Assembly: GCF_964204865.1 (NCBI RefSeq)
Contig: NC_135252.1
Location: forward strand, 15,934,001 to 15,998,000
Source of the DNA: Styela clava
Taxonomy: Eukaryota
Reading direction: 5' to 3'
DNA: 64,000 nucleotides
The notes under the pieces were generated by a model that searched no databases, was not told the origin of the DNA, and worked only from the letters and a program-made list of their open reading frames with translations. The translations under genes and the position numbers were made by a program. Within the stretch, counting starts at the first letter, position 1. Every line of letters starts with the position of its first letter. Positions 50,837 through 62,462 of the stretch are shown here, in pieces.

Positions 50837-53800
50837 TTACGGCATCTTCAGTGCAAGGAATTCTTCTTTTCTCTTTTGATATTCATCCAATCTTTGCTGG
50901 GCATATCTGAAAAAGGAATCAACCATATGGCTTCTGCCAGTCTTTCTAACACAGCGCGATCGTGCTGAGCGTTGGGAATACGCTCGCCACGGCTCCTCTG
51001 CGTGGGTTCGACTCCCATGCAGGTTATGTGCGAGAGGATTGCTGGACTTCTCGCCGCCGTGGGGTGTTTCACGTAACCGCTGTCAGTTGCGGCTTCTTTC
51101 ACCATCAAGTCCATGCTACTGAAAACAACTAACTAATCCTATACCCGACATGGAATGGTAACCGGGCGAGAATCCGTGGTTCGCATGTGGTTAAGCCGTC
51201 TTATCGGCTTTCCTCCCCCCAGGATAAAATATGTAAATCCTATCCTAACACCTGGTATATAGGCGTGCAACTGCCCGTCTACATCTGTATCTGTGGTGGT
51301 GATTGAAGAATATATGATTAAAATAAGAAAGCTGCAATGGGAGAATATATGTTGCTTAGAAAAAGTATGGGAGTGTCAAGTTGCTTTCAATATTATATTA
51401 AATGAAGCTTGTACAGGGATATATGAACATTTTAAAATAGTTTCATTCGAAAATTGATTATTTTGATCAAACCAACATCTAAACTCTGACATTTTGAGAA
51501 TACAAAAATCGATCAAAACAAGGTTTATCTCGCCTCAGATTTCAATATTACAAATTTGAAAGTATTACATTAGAACATTCTTGTTTGAGAGCGTTTTTAT
51601 CAACTTTAGGTGTAATTTGTTAACAAAGAATACTACTACATACCCCAGGTAGTCAAATTCAATGGATGAATATTTTGCTTGCGTCAGTGACCAAGTTCCC
51701 CACAAGAAATGTGCTGCCTACAATAATGAACATTCACATTAAATAACTTGTCAAAGACTATAAAACAGAGATTTAAACAGGCTGCTAATACTGTAGGAGT
51801 TGAGGTGGCCTATAATAATGAAAACCAAATAGAGAGTTGCATACCGATCAATAAAGATCTATACTTCTACCAAGATTGATATGCTCAACCGTCCCAAATA
51901 ACAACTTAAGGGTGGGGATATTTAATTGATTTGGCTCAGAATCCGTTTGCATTGCTATTATCAAACCATTCTGTGGAAACTATGTTTAATAATATATCGG
52001 TTCTGAGAATAAAAAATATTGGACCAAGGAAAACAATACAATTATACAACATAACATTTGAAATTTATCTTCATTCAATGTATGTGATTTCAGGAATTAC
52101 CAAATATTGCTAAAGAAAGTCTCTAAGAGGATTTTTACCCAATGTATCTTTCCTCACAAAATTATAGACATTTGAATGAATACATTTACAACATTGTACT
52201 ATGAACTGATTTGATTAAAACCATATTTCGTAAGCAAATTGGAGAGTCTCTACAAAATGGGTAACTTGTGTAAACTATACACTATATAGTACTACCAGTA
52301 CTATACGCAACATACACTATATTCATTTTTCTATGCATCTACCATACATTTAAATGATTCAACTATAACTCATTTAGCCATCAACTCACCAAAGCAAACT
52401 TATTGACTTGAATATACAATCTCATTATATCATGATCTGATGGTTCTGTTCCTTTATTCCAATGTTTCAAGTATTCTTTGATCCAATCGATTTGAAGATT
52501 ATAATCAGGATAAAATGAAAAGTCAGCATCATCGACTCCTATAAAAGATTGAAGCCTTAATCATCAGTGTAAAGTTTATGTCTTCGACTCAACTATAAAA
52601 AAGCCAGATATCAGTTCGAGCTTGCAAAAAGTTTGACCTTGGCTCCAGCTCAGAGGAGACCAAATCTTGATAAAAACTTATTAATACATACACACATTTG
52701 TTGGGATTACCAGTATGTGATCAATTTTTCGCGTTTCAGATTACTGTCAGAAATTTGGGCCTTTACGTATTATATCATTAGAGGTCTGAAATTCTGACGC
52801 AAAGAATTCGGATTTTCAGCTTGGACTCCATTATCAAAGAAAACATGCCAAGTCCTGCTTTTTACAAACAATATTTTACCTGCGAACTCACAGAAGTGGT
52901 TTGCGATATCATAAGCTTGAAAGTTCATTCCAGTATATTCGAAGTCAATGAAATGGACAGAGTCTGGTAACAGAAAATATTTGTCATATATAATTTAATG
53001 AATTAGTTACATCTCTCGGTTTGCCAACGATTATTTAAGTTGTGTAATTCGAGAACATGGTCATTTTGGGAGCTTGGTAACAGGAAATAGACATACCGCC
53101 GATACCGGCCTTCAAATTTGTTGATGGATTAGTAAACTAATTAAATTTTGTTATGTCCTGTTATATAGCTAATACCATATATATGTTCAAATTAAACCTG
53201 ATTATGCCTGGCCACTTACAATCTGTTCATATAGAAATATTATTGTCGTGAAGGGTTTATGGATGTTGATTATTTTACACTATCAATACAATAACTTATA
53301 GTTAAATGAATATATATCACTTAGCACTGGTTATATTACTCACTTTTTTCATCATTATAAATAATGTTATTCAGTAAAAGATCGTTGTGACAATATACTA
53401 GTTGAGAGCCTAATTTGGACAGATGTTCTTCTAACATGTTCAATTCCTTGTGAAGTTCTTTTTCCAATGGGCCAGTATAACCATTCAGACTGAGAAATTT
53501 CAGTGTGGTGGATTAATAATGAGTTGGCAATTCATCCTCTTAACTTAGAAATAAAGTTATTGGTATGAGTGATGATAAGGAAATGATTTAAGTTCTCAAT
53601 GTTGTTTAACACTGTTAAGAATGCTTAGTAAAATTAATTCTAGTTTTAATTACTTATTTTATAACCAAATTCCAGAATCCAAACCTCTACAGCTTAAAAT
53701 GACAGGTAATACATCTCTAATTTCTTACCTCCTTCCAGGTGGTGAATTTTCTGAAAAGCTCAAATGCAGAAACTTATTACAGTATCGAAATACAGCAGGA

Positions 53801-55657
53801 GAATTGCCATTGCAATCAATTTCAGGTTGAATCTCATGCAATCGTGCCATCTCTTTTGCTATTAATCTAAATATAATAGCTGATATGGGATTTCATCATC
53901 GAAAAAATCATAAACACAATTTATTAATGAAGCATTTGTTTCATACTTCAAATTTTTATTGCATTGAAATTCTATCTGGAAAAAAATGAAACATACTTTT
54001 CAATCTATTTGAAATTTCTCAGAAAATAAATGAATTGGATAAGACAGTAATCAGAAAAATATAGAGCATAGTAAAAAGTTAACTATGCAGCATTATCAAA
54101 TAAACTTTCTATGAATTTACAATACTTTCTCTCATTTCCTTTTCTGAACATGACTTGATTTAGAATATCAGAGAGATGGCCTAGCGGTTAAAACATTAAA
54201 CTTCTCTGTGTTGGTTTGGCATCGCGGATTACACACCCTGTGTTCAAATCCCACTCACCCCACCTCACCCCAGTTGTAATCAATCGATTAAGGAACCGGA
54301 GAGAATACGATCTTTCCAAATAATAGTAGCTCATTATATATCGGTGGCTACTAGTGTAGGGCCTTGTTCAAAGTGAAGATCAGAATACGCATCGTATAAA
54401 ATATATAGTACATAATGTATTTTTCAATATGGGTTTATCCTCGTTTCTCACCTGTATATTTTTGGATCTCTGACTTGCTCACGAGAAACTGTGTTTCCAG
54501 GTATATATTCATAACATAGGCCGTTACTGAATATACAATAGAGATTGGGGGCACATCCAGCTTTGTGCAATGTTTTAAAGCTTTCTACCTATAATATAAG
54601 AGATTGAGATACTTAACTCTTGTGATATTGTTAAATGATAATGTGTTATTCACAATTGTAAAATCAAAATTAGTGTGTCTATTATAAACTTAAACACACT
54701 TTAAATAGAAGAAAAATTACTTTAAATTTTAAGCTTTCTTTGAAGTATTGTTTTAACTATTTTCCAATTGTGCATGTTCTTAATATTATTTTATATCACA
54801 ATAATATTACACGATTCTGCCAAAAAAAAAATAAAAAAATGCATTGAAAATACAAAATCAGTATCTGAACTGTACTGAGCAGCACTATTCACGTATACTA
54901 TACCAGATTAATGTGGTGGCTCACAAAACATGCATGTTAAACGTGCATCAATCAATCTAACTTTTGAACTTGATACCATTTATTCAATCAAGTCTGTCTA
55001 TAGACATAATCATTTAAGATTAGAAAATAAAGGTCACATATCAAATTGATTACATAGGCATATATGTTATAGAAATTTCCTCTATCATAATTTAATGTTA
55101 CCGAGGTCAAATTTCATTTCTGGTGCAACATGTAAAGTAACCAAGTATGGGAAGCTTTGGCAGAAATAATAATTATTTCAATGGTCAATACATAATGAGG
55201 GGGTACCAATGAGTCATAAAATAACTTGTTAATTTATTGGGTATAAAACGATAATCAAAATCATTTATTTAATAGAAAACTGAAAAAATCGCTAGAAATT
55301 TAATTACCTCTGCATCTCTGTCCAGAAAAATCTCAGTTTTATTTCCATTTATTCTGATAAGCACAATGTCAGATTTATTCTCTTTATGTGTAAAACCTAA
55401 CATTTTATTGGTGATGCCGTTTGAAAACACCTGCAAACAATTGTATTGAGTTATTAAAAAGAAACAACGTACAAAAACTCATCAAAGACACTACTAGCAA
55501 AAATGTTAATATACTTTACTTTCATGGTTATATTTTCTTTGCTCCAGTTGGGTCTGACCAGGTGAAGTATCCGATCAACACCCTTTTCATAATCCTCCAT
55601 ATCAAGTGTCAGATCAATTTTTAGAGGCTCCACATACTGCTCACTCGACAATGCCAT
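50837..55657 (-). CDS. ETNK1: Ethanolamine kinase (ETNK1/2-like), about 9 coding exons
   Basis: VFSNGITNKM, VLIRINGNKTEIFLDRDAE, APNLYCIFSNGLCYEYIPG, Brenner motif VYCHNDLLLNNIIY, FIDFEY...[46 protein letters not shown]...KMP*. Stop at 50837-50839. Confidence 0.92.
50954..51247 (+). mobile_element. SINE family A copy 4 (last ETNK intron)
   Basis: GGTTCGACTCCC B box, shared body with small deletions, ATCCT tail. Confidence 0.8.
54170..54400 (+). mobile_element. Second tRNA-derived SINE-like element (family B)
   Basis: A box TGGCCTAGCGGTTA and B-box-like GTTCAAATCCC, spaced too far apart for a clean cloverleaf; single copy in window, 3' end uncertain. Confidence 0.45.
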
Positions 55658-56178
55658 TGTATTTTGCTTGCAGTGAACTGGCTTTGTTGTAGTGTTTCAA
55701 AACGGTGTTAATTATTAAAATAATGATTATGACAATAGGTAAATTGATTATTTGTAAAAACATATTGCACCGCTTACATAAAGATCAACATACAATATTG
55801 CAAGAAGGCAACATAATAATTGTTATGGAATGAGTACATCCTGACATGTAAGAGAAAATTCAATGTGGTTGCAAAGCACTAAATATAGTACATGATATGA
55901 TAAGTTCACAACTAAAATATGTTACACTCTTGCTTGAATGAAATGCAAACATTTGTTCAAATATTATTTGATTTTGAAATATTACAAATTCCTTTTAAAC
56001 TCTTAAGAACTACCACACATAAACCACTACCTGACTACCTAAAAAATTTAACACACCTTCAACACATATCTTATTCTAATGTCACAGAGACCAGTAAATT
56101 CAAGAACTGAAGCATTATAGATCTAACGATTCAACACACTTGATACTAATCAATCATTGAAACCACCTACGACAACCG

Positions 56179-56736
56179 TTACTTAATTTTATCCTTCAAA
56201 ACTTTAATCACTTCCGGGAATACAATTGATTGGAAATGCCCTCTGTCTTTAAATTTATGAAATTCAGTATTCAACTGTTTCGACACTTCAAGCTGTTCAT
56301 TCCAATCTAGAAACGGGTCATCTTCTGATCCAAACTGTACAATCCAGTTTGTATTTTCTCTAGCTTTATCCCACAACCATGGTCGATTAAAATATCCCGC
56401 TAAACGTTCATTTTCAAGCCCACAATCTGTTGTATAAGCTCCCACAAGAATAATTCCATGGACTTCGTATATTTCACTAAAACGAATCGCTGCAACTGCT
56501 CCAGAACTATGTCCTATAATCACAGAGTTCTCTCCAATCTTCATTTCGTCTCTCATAAAAGGAACCCAGATTTTTTCTCGAGCTATCACAGGATCAGGCA
56601 TGTTTCTCATCTTTAGAGATAAGTCAGGAAACTCAGTTTTTATTTTATCATAAACCCAGCGATACCACATGCACTCGGCAAAAATATCGCCTCCACCATT
56701 TCCTGGAATAATAGCAATATCTTTGATAGCTGACAT
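56179..56736 (-). CDS. RBBP9: RBBP9/YdeN-family serine hydrolase, intronless CDS
   Basis: IIPGNGGGD..WYRWV, NMPDPVIAREKIWVPFM, IIGHSSGAVAAIR (GxSxG), NERLAGYFNRPW.W, IVQFGSEDDPFL, DRGHFQ; 185 aa. Confidence 0.95.
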   Translation of the reverse strand: MSAIKDIAIIPGNGGGDIFAECMWYRWVYDKIKTEFPDLSLKMRNMPDPVIAREKIWVPFMRDEMKIGENSVIIGHSSGAVAAIRFSEIYEVHGIILVGAYTTDCGLENERLAGYFNRPWLWDKARENTNWIVQFGSEDDPFLDWNEQLEVSKQLNTEFHKFKDRGHFQSIVFPEVIKVLKDKIK

Positions 56737-59132
56737 CTTAATTTTTGAAGGTTATGTTATGATACGCACATTATTTACACACAGTGCATATGAAATGAAA
56801 AATAAAAGTTGTTTATTAGTATTAATTAATCATATTTAATAGTATAATTTGTCACCTGGTACCGCCAATTCTCCAATTACTCCTTCAGCGGAATTCACAC
56901 AATCGTGTGACAGATAATTCGCCATTTATTCTGGCGACTATGTCCACAATAGGACACATGCTAACTCGCGCTCTGAATATGGCTATTGGTGTATTGTTAT
57001 CATTTTATCGATGCGTCGTTCTACCTCTACCGCCATTTATTCCTGTGTTCGCATTGCATATGCCGGTATGACTCTTCCGTCAATTACTCGTACGCGTAAT
57101 TGTAAATAGTTACGCTCTGTAGTGTATCCTATTACAAAAATACGGTTACGCATTGCGGTCTGCAGAAATAGCTTCGCCCTTTTTATATTGCTCAGTGCAT
57201 TTGCATCTTCGATTTAAAAGTTGTTGGCCTATTTTTATATCGTAAGTCTTTATTTTACTGTGTACTTTCGCTGTTTCTGGTTGACGGGCGCATATATATA
57301 AATTATATACTACGTGTTAATAATGTCTTGGATATATGTTAAGTTCTACACCCAAGCTATTATAGAATAAGGGTTCAACTGAATACGCTTACACTTCTTT
57401 ATTACACCAGCACAACACAAGATGCTTACAGCAACAGAACATACTAGCGAGTGACGCAACTGCGACACGTTAGCACTAGACGTTAGCACAGCGTTTCCCA
57501 ACCTTTTTTGGTCGCGGACTAATTTCTCATCAGCGAAAACTTTTGCGGACTCAAGGTGCGTTTATTGCAACCGTACTCTGTGTGTATAGGCGATAAAACC
57601 AAACACAACGGAATTTGAACGAATTTCAAAATCGAAAATTCGACGCTAAAAGAGCCGACTTTTTATTGTATAATGGCCTTTTCTGTCGCACTATATTCAA
57701 TCCATGACAACGACGAGAATTTAAAATGTCTATGTCTTGAAATGTCTTCTATTGTGTTCATGGTATCTCGCGGCTGCGTCGACTTATGACAAGATGATAG
57801 CATTACTTCTTTAAAATGCCACAGCAATCTGCTGACATATCGCACGATTATATTTAGTTTTGATACATATTTTTAGAGATCTGTCAAATTTGTTATCGTC
57901 GTTAAAAAAATCCTACTATCTGCTATAAATTTCCAGAAAGTACAACTTGATTTAGTACTTATTAAAAATATTTTTATAGTATATATATTAGTAAATCAAA
58001 AATACATATTCACCGCCTTGCTTCATTATTAATTTAATGGTGATCATTTTAATCTGCGGTTGTGTTGACGAAATAAAAGCAATACTAATCAGAAAATATC
58101 ATGACAATTCGTGGACACAAAAATGCGTTGTAAAAGGCCCGATTATATTTTGTTTTGATTCGTTAAAGCGTTTTTTCGGGCGCGTACAATCATAAAACAA
58201 AAATTATGGTGTTCTCCGTTTTATTTTTAGTAATTTGTATAGCCGCTTTTCATTTTAGAAAATTTGGGTTGCCCCCATTGACACCTACTAGAAAAAAAAT
58301 TATTCCTCGTTGTCGAACTCACGAGAAACACCACGCGTGTGGTCGTGTATTCGTCGGAAATTCGCTAGTAAGTTGTGAAATCCAATCGTTTTGACCAGTC
58401 GCGTCACCTGGTACCAAATTTCCGAATAGTGAATTGCTATTCTAATAGTTAAATATTCGAATATATATATGCTCAGCCATACTCAGTAACTAGTAATAAT
58501 TGACTTGATAAATGTTATGTGAATAATCTTGCTCTTTATGTTTTATGTGAATTTTAACCTAAATCGTAACTTGGCTGATAGTTAGGGTTAGTCCAGTGGC
58601 GGCGCGTCAATAGGGCCAACCGGGGCAATGCCCCGGTTGTTTTTTCGGTATAATAAAAAATATTCGAAAAATACCTCAATATCGGTTGCACAGACTGTCT
58701 ACACTAGCCATATTCTCCCGACATGGTTCATTTTTCGCTCGCAAAGCCTTCGCCGAACGTCGACGGGGCGACGCAGATTTTGCCCCGGTTGCTCATTGTA
58801 TATCGAATTCTCTCTTTTATCTTCCACTCGCCGCGTTTGTCTCGTTTGTTTTCTGTTTCTTTTACTAAATCATCGGGGCCGATCGGGGCTAGCCCCGAAA
58901 TTATGACGACACAATACCGACGTTTGTTACAACAACGTAATGACATATTCACGCATTCCTTCTCGTTCGTTGGTTGCTTGAAGAGTTGATAGTTTCCTCG
59001 CCTTCGTTTTTGTCGCTTGTTTCGCTATTTGAATCAGTTAGAACCTTTAGTCCATTTGCTTTCGATTTTCCACATTCCTTTTGAGCTCCTCACTTCTTTC
59101 CGGCTTCGCATTTCTTAGCCTTAGACCTCATA

Positions 59133-62100
59133 ATGAATAAGGTTGATGCACTACTTCGCACTCCGTTTTCGCAGCTGCCGCTGGAACAAAAATTACAAGT
59201 ACAACGTCTTGGGCCTTATCAACCAAAAAATTGTTCACTGAAACAATCCCATGACGGAGGAAAGCGTCGGCGTACATTCTGCGCAGAAACTTGGTATAAA
59301 AAACACGAATGGTTGTGTTACAGCGAGGACAAAAATGCACTTTTTTGTTTTTATTGCCTACTTTTTGCTACCGCCCGTGACTCACGTTGGTGTAAATTTG
59401 GTTTTAGAGATCTTAAACATCTTTCCGAGCGTGCCAGGGATCATCAATCTTCTATGGAGCATCTGGACAATGCAGTAAAATACCGAACATTCGGAAATGT
59501 TAATATTGCAGCACAGTTGGATGAAGGACGCGCGGTTTCTATTCGTCGGCACAACCAAAACGTCGAGAAAAACCGCCATGTTCTCGGTCGATTGATAGAT
59601 GTTTTGAAGTTCATTGGTTGTCTCGAGATGTCCCTCCGTGGGCACGATGAACGGGCTGGCTCTTCTAATAGAGGGGTATTTTTGGATATGGTGGAATACA
59701 CCGCATCCCTAGATAGAGTATTGAGATCATCTTGATGCAGCAACTGTTTCGAAAGGGACATCTAAGGATATCCAAAATGATTTGCTCGACTCAATGTATA
59801 AAATTTATTCACAACATTTGGCTCTGGAAATTGAGAATTGCCAGTTCCTTTCGATTCAGTCTGACGAGACAACTGACATCACGTGCGTTTCCCAACTGGC
59901 TGTGATTTTTCGGTTTGCGAAAGATGGTAAACCTACCGAGAGATTTCACAGCTTTGTACCAATCGTTGATCGCACTGCTTGCGGGATATCGGCTGTACTG
60001 AAAGAAGTGTTACAGCCTTACAACGCGAAGTCAAAATTGATAGCTCAAACTTATGACGGCGCGGCAGTCATGAGTGGGTCGAAACATTGTGTTCAAGTTT
60101 ATATAAAAGAAGATTTTCCTCATGCGCATTTTTTACATTGTTATGCACACCAATTTAACCTCTTTATTAAAAATATGTGTCTTGATACCCCTCTCGTCCG
60201 TATATTTTTTGCAAATGTTTCGGGGTTTTCTTCATTTTTTTCCGTTTCGCCCAAGCGCTCTGACCTCCTTCGCCAGATATGTAGCCGCCGTCTCCCAGCT
60301 TGTGCACCAACACGTTGGAACTTCCAATCACGCGTGGTGCAGGGCGTGTCCGGAATTAGGTCTGAGCTCATTGAGTGTTTCAATGGCATTCAGAGTAGAG
60401 ATGTACCGATACCACTTTTGTCGCCGATACCGATACCGATCCGATACCAGCTAAAAAAGCCGATACCGATACCGATATGCCGATACTACAGAAAGGCCGA
60501 TATTACCGATATTCCGATACCGATACTATGTAAATATTACTTAATTAGGTGTGCTGTGTAGGGCAGACGGGTTAAAACAATGGTCTTTGAGCGTTGTTCA
60601 TAGAACACATTATTTCAGATCGAAATAAATATATATCACATAATATGAAATTAATGTTTGGTGTTTGCTTTAACTGATTAAGATACACTGTACAGTAACG
60701 CTAGTAATCTCGGTGTTCAATTAGAAAACTCATAAGCCGGGATGTCCAATTTGAATTTAATGTTAATATCGCGACCTTCGTATATCGTTATTCGTGTTTA
60801 AAAGAATATCGAATATCACCCACACATTCTAGAGCCGCCGTCCTACGTTCGAATTAAAAGCATTTTTCAAATATTTTATTTCGTGGCTAATCGTAATCGT
60901 CGACGCAATAAGTCAAAGCCAACATGAAAGAATATCAATCAGCACTGACCAAAAGAAGGCCTACATATAACCGTCGAGGATGTTTTTTTACTTTACTATT
61001 TTATATTATTATACAATTGCCATCATATATTTTGAGACAGTCTAGGACTCTAGGCCCTCTGGGGCTAGGCGGTCATGTCAATATATCTATAAAGAAATTG
61101 TGTAGTTAAACAAAATTAATATCTGCGAGGGATAATTGTGTCGGAATTTAGTTTATCGATGTCGTCTGACTAAATGACACTCGTACTTGACGACAAACAG
61201 TCAGAATTTATGCCCGTGCCAAAAGTCCATGTGCCGTTAATAAGGACCCCAATTCCACTGTATGATTTAAAACTGGGCGCCTAATTGCTTTTTGTTATGT
61301 GCCGTGTTGATATATTTCTTCATAATTACTATGTAATATTAAAAATATCAATATAAAAATTTGACAGCGAAAATAGCTAAAAATACGTGAATCCTATTCT
61401 CTCGCGGGGGTAGGGACATGTATGGCTCATAGCTCACGATATCTCCAGACAAAAAATAAATTAAAAAGTAGTATTCCAACTTATCTTTTAAAACATTCTG
61501 GACCATATCAAAAAGGTAAATATATCGGAAATATCGGCCTTAATCTAACCGATACCGATACATGGCCGATACCGAAAAAATGGCCGATATTACCGATACC
61601 CGATACCGATACATCGGTACATCTCTAATTCAGAGCTCTCCGGTTTGGGACGAACGCTCTGTGAGAGAGGCGGCAGGTCTAAAGGGTCTGCTAGAAGATG
61701 GTGAGTTTTCATTTTTTCTCGCTTTTTTCTCCACAATATTCTATCACGTGGATGTATTATACGGCGCATTGCAGTCAAGGCTAATGGATGGAGCGTCTGT
61801 GCAGTCGTGTATTTCAGACTTCTGCGATGCTGTATCTCGTATCCGGGAAACAATAAAATACGACGACACATGGAGTGCTTCTTTACGCCGCGGGCAAACA
61901 ACGCAGCGTTTGATTTTGTCTGCAAAGGAATGCTGTGACATTCTGGTGAATCAAATAGGCGATCGTCTGCGCACTGAACACCTTGCCGCGTTCTCTTTGA
62001 TGAACCCCAAAAATTTTTCAAAATTTGCACGTCAATTTCCCATCCATTTGTTGGCTACTGTCTCCAAATTTTACCCCATGATAAACGTGGGTAAAATGGA

Positions 62101-62462
62101 AAATGAATTGCGATGTATATACACCAATCAAACTTTTTTGAACATCACATCAACTTGCGCGCTCTATGGGTTGGTTCCTCATAGATAACACTCTAGTAAC
62201 TACCTTTGCGGCGTCTGCAAAATTTCTGGACATCATTTTGACGACGCCTATTTCTTCCGCCGACGCAGAGCGAACATTCGGCACGCTGAAGCGTATTAAA
62301 ACGTATCTCAGAAACACAATGAAGCAAGATAGATTAAATTCCTTGGCTGTTTTATCCATTCACAGAGACGTTATTTCTGGGATGCATGACTTTAATCAGC
62401 GCGTTATTGAGCATTTTGCTTCCAAGAAACCGCGGCGTGTTGCATATATGTTCAAGCAGTAG
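59133..62462 (+). pseudogene. hAT transposase (TTF-type Zn finger, DUF4371-like, hATC dimerisation), inactivated
   Basis: WYKKHEWLCYS..ALFCFYCLLF..HQSSMEH, LRGHDE..SNRGVF, SIQSDETTD, QTYDGAAVMSG, HCYAHQFNL, PTRWN, TPISSADAERTFGTLKRIKTYLRNTMKQDRLNSLAVLSIH. Frameshifts at about 59725 and 62170 plus a MITE insertion. Confidence 0.9.
60396..61627. mobile_element. hAT-type MITE (innermost layer) inserted in the transposase CDS
   Basis: Perfect 15-bp TIR TAGAGATGTACCGAT / ATCGGTACATCTCTA, arrays of CCGATA(C) subterminal repeats, perfect TSD ATTCAGAG (60388-60395, 61628-61635). Removal restores the frame FNGIQSSPVWDER. Confidence 0.93.

Noticed and set aside
60396-60530. PIPIPI peptide repeat and CCGATA arrays suggesting a CRISPR-like or coding repeat
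   Set aside because: These are subterminal hexamer repeats of MITE-3; there are no unique spacers and no cas genes.
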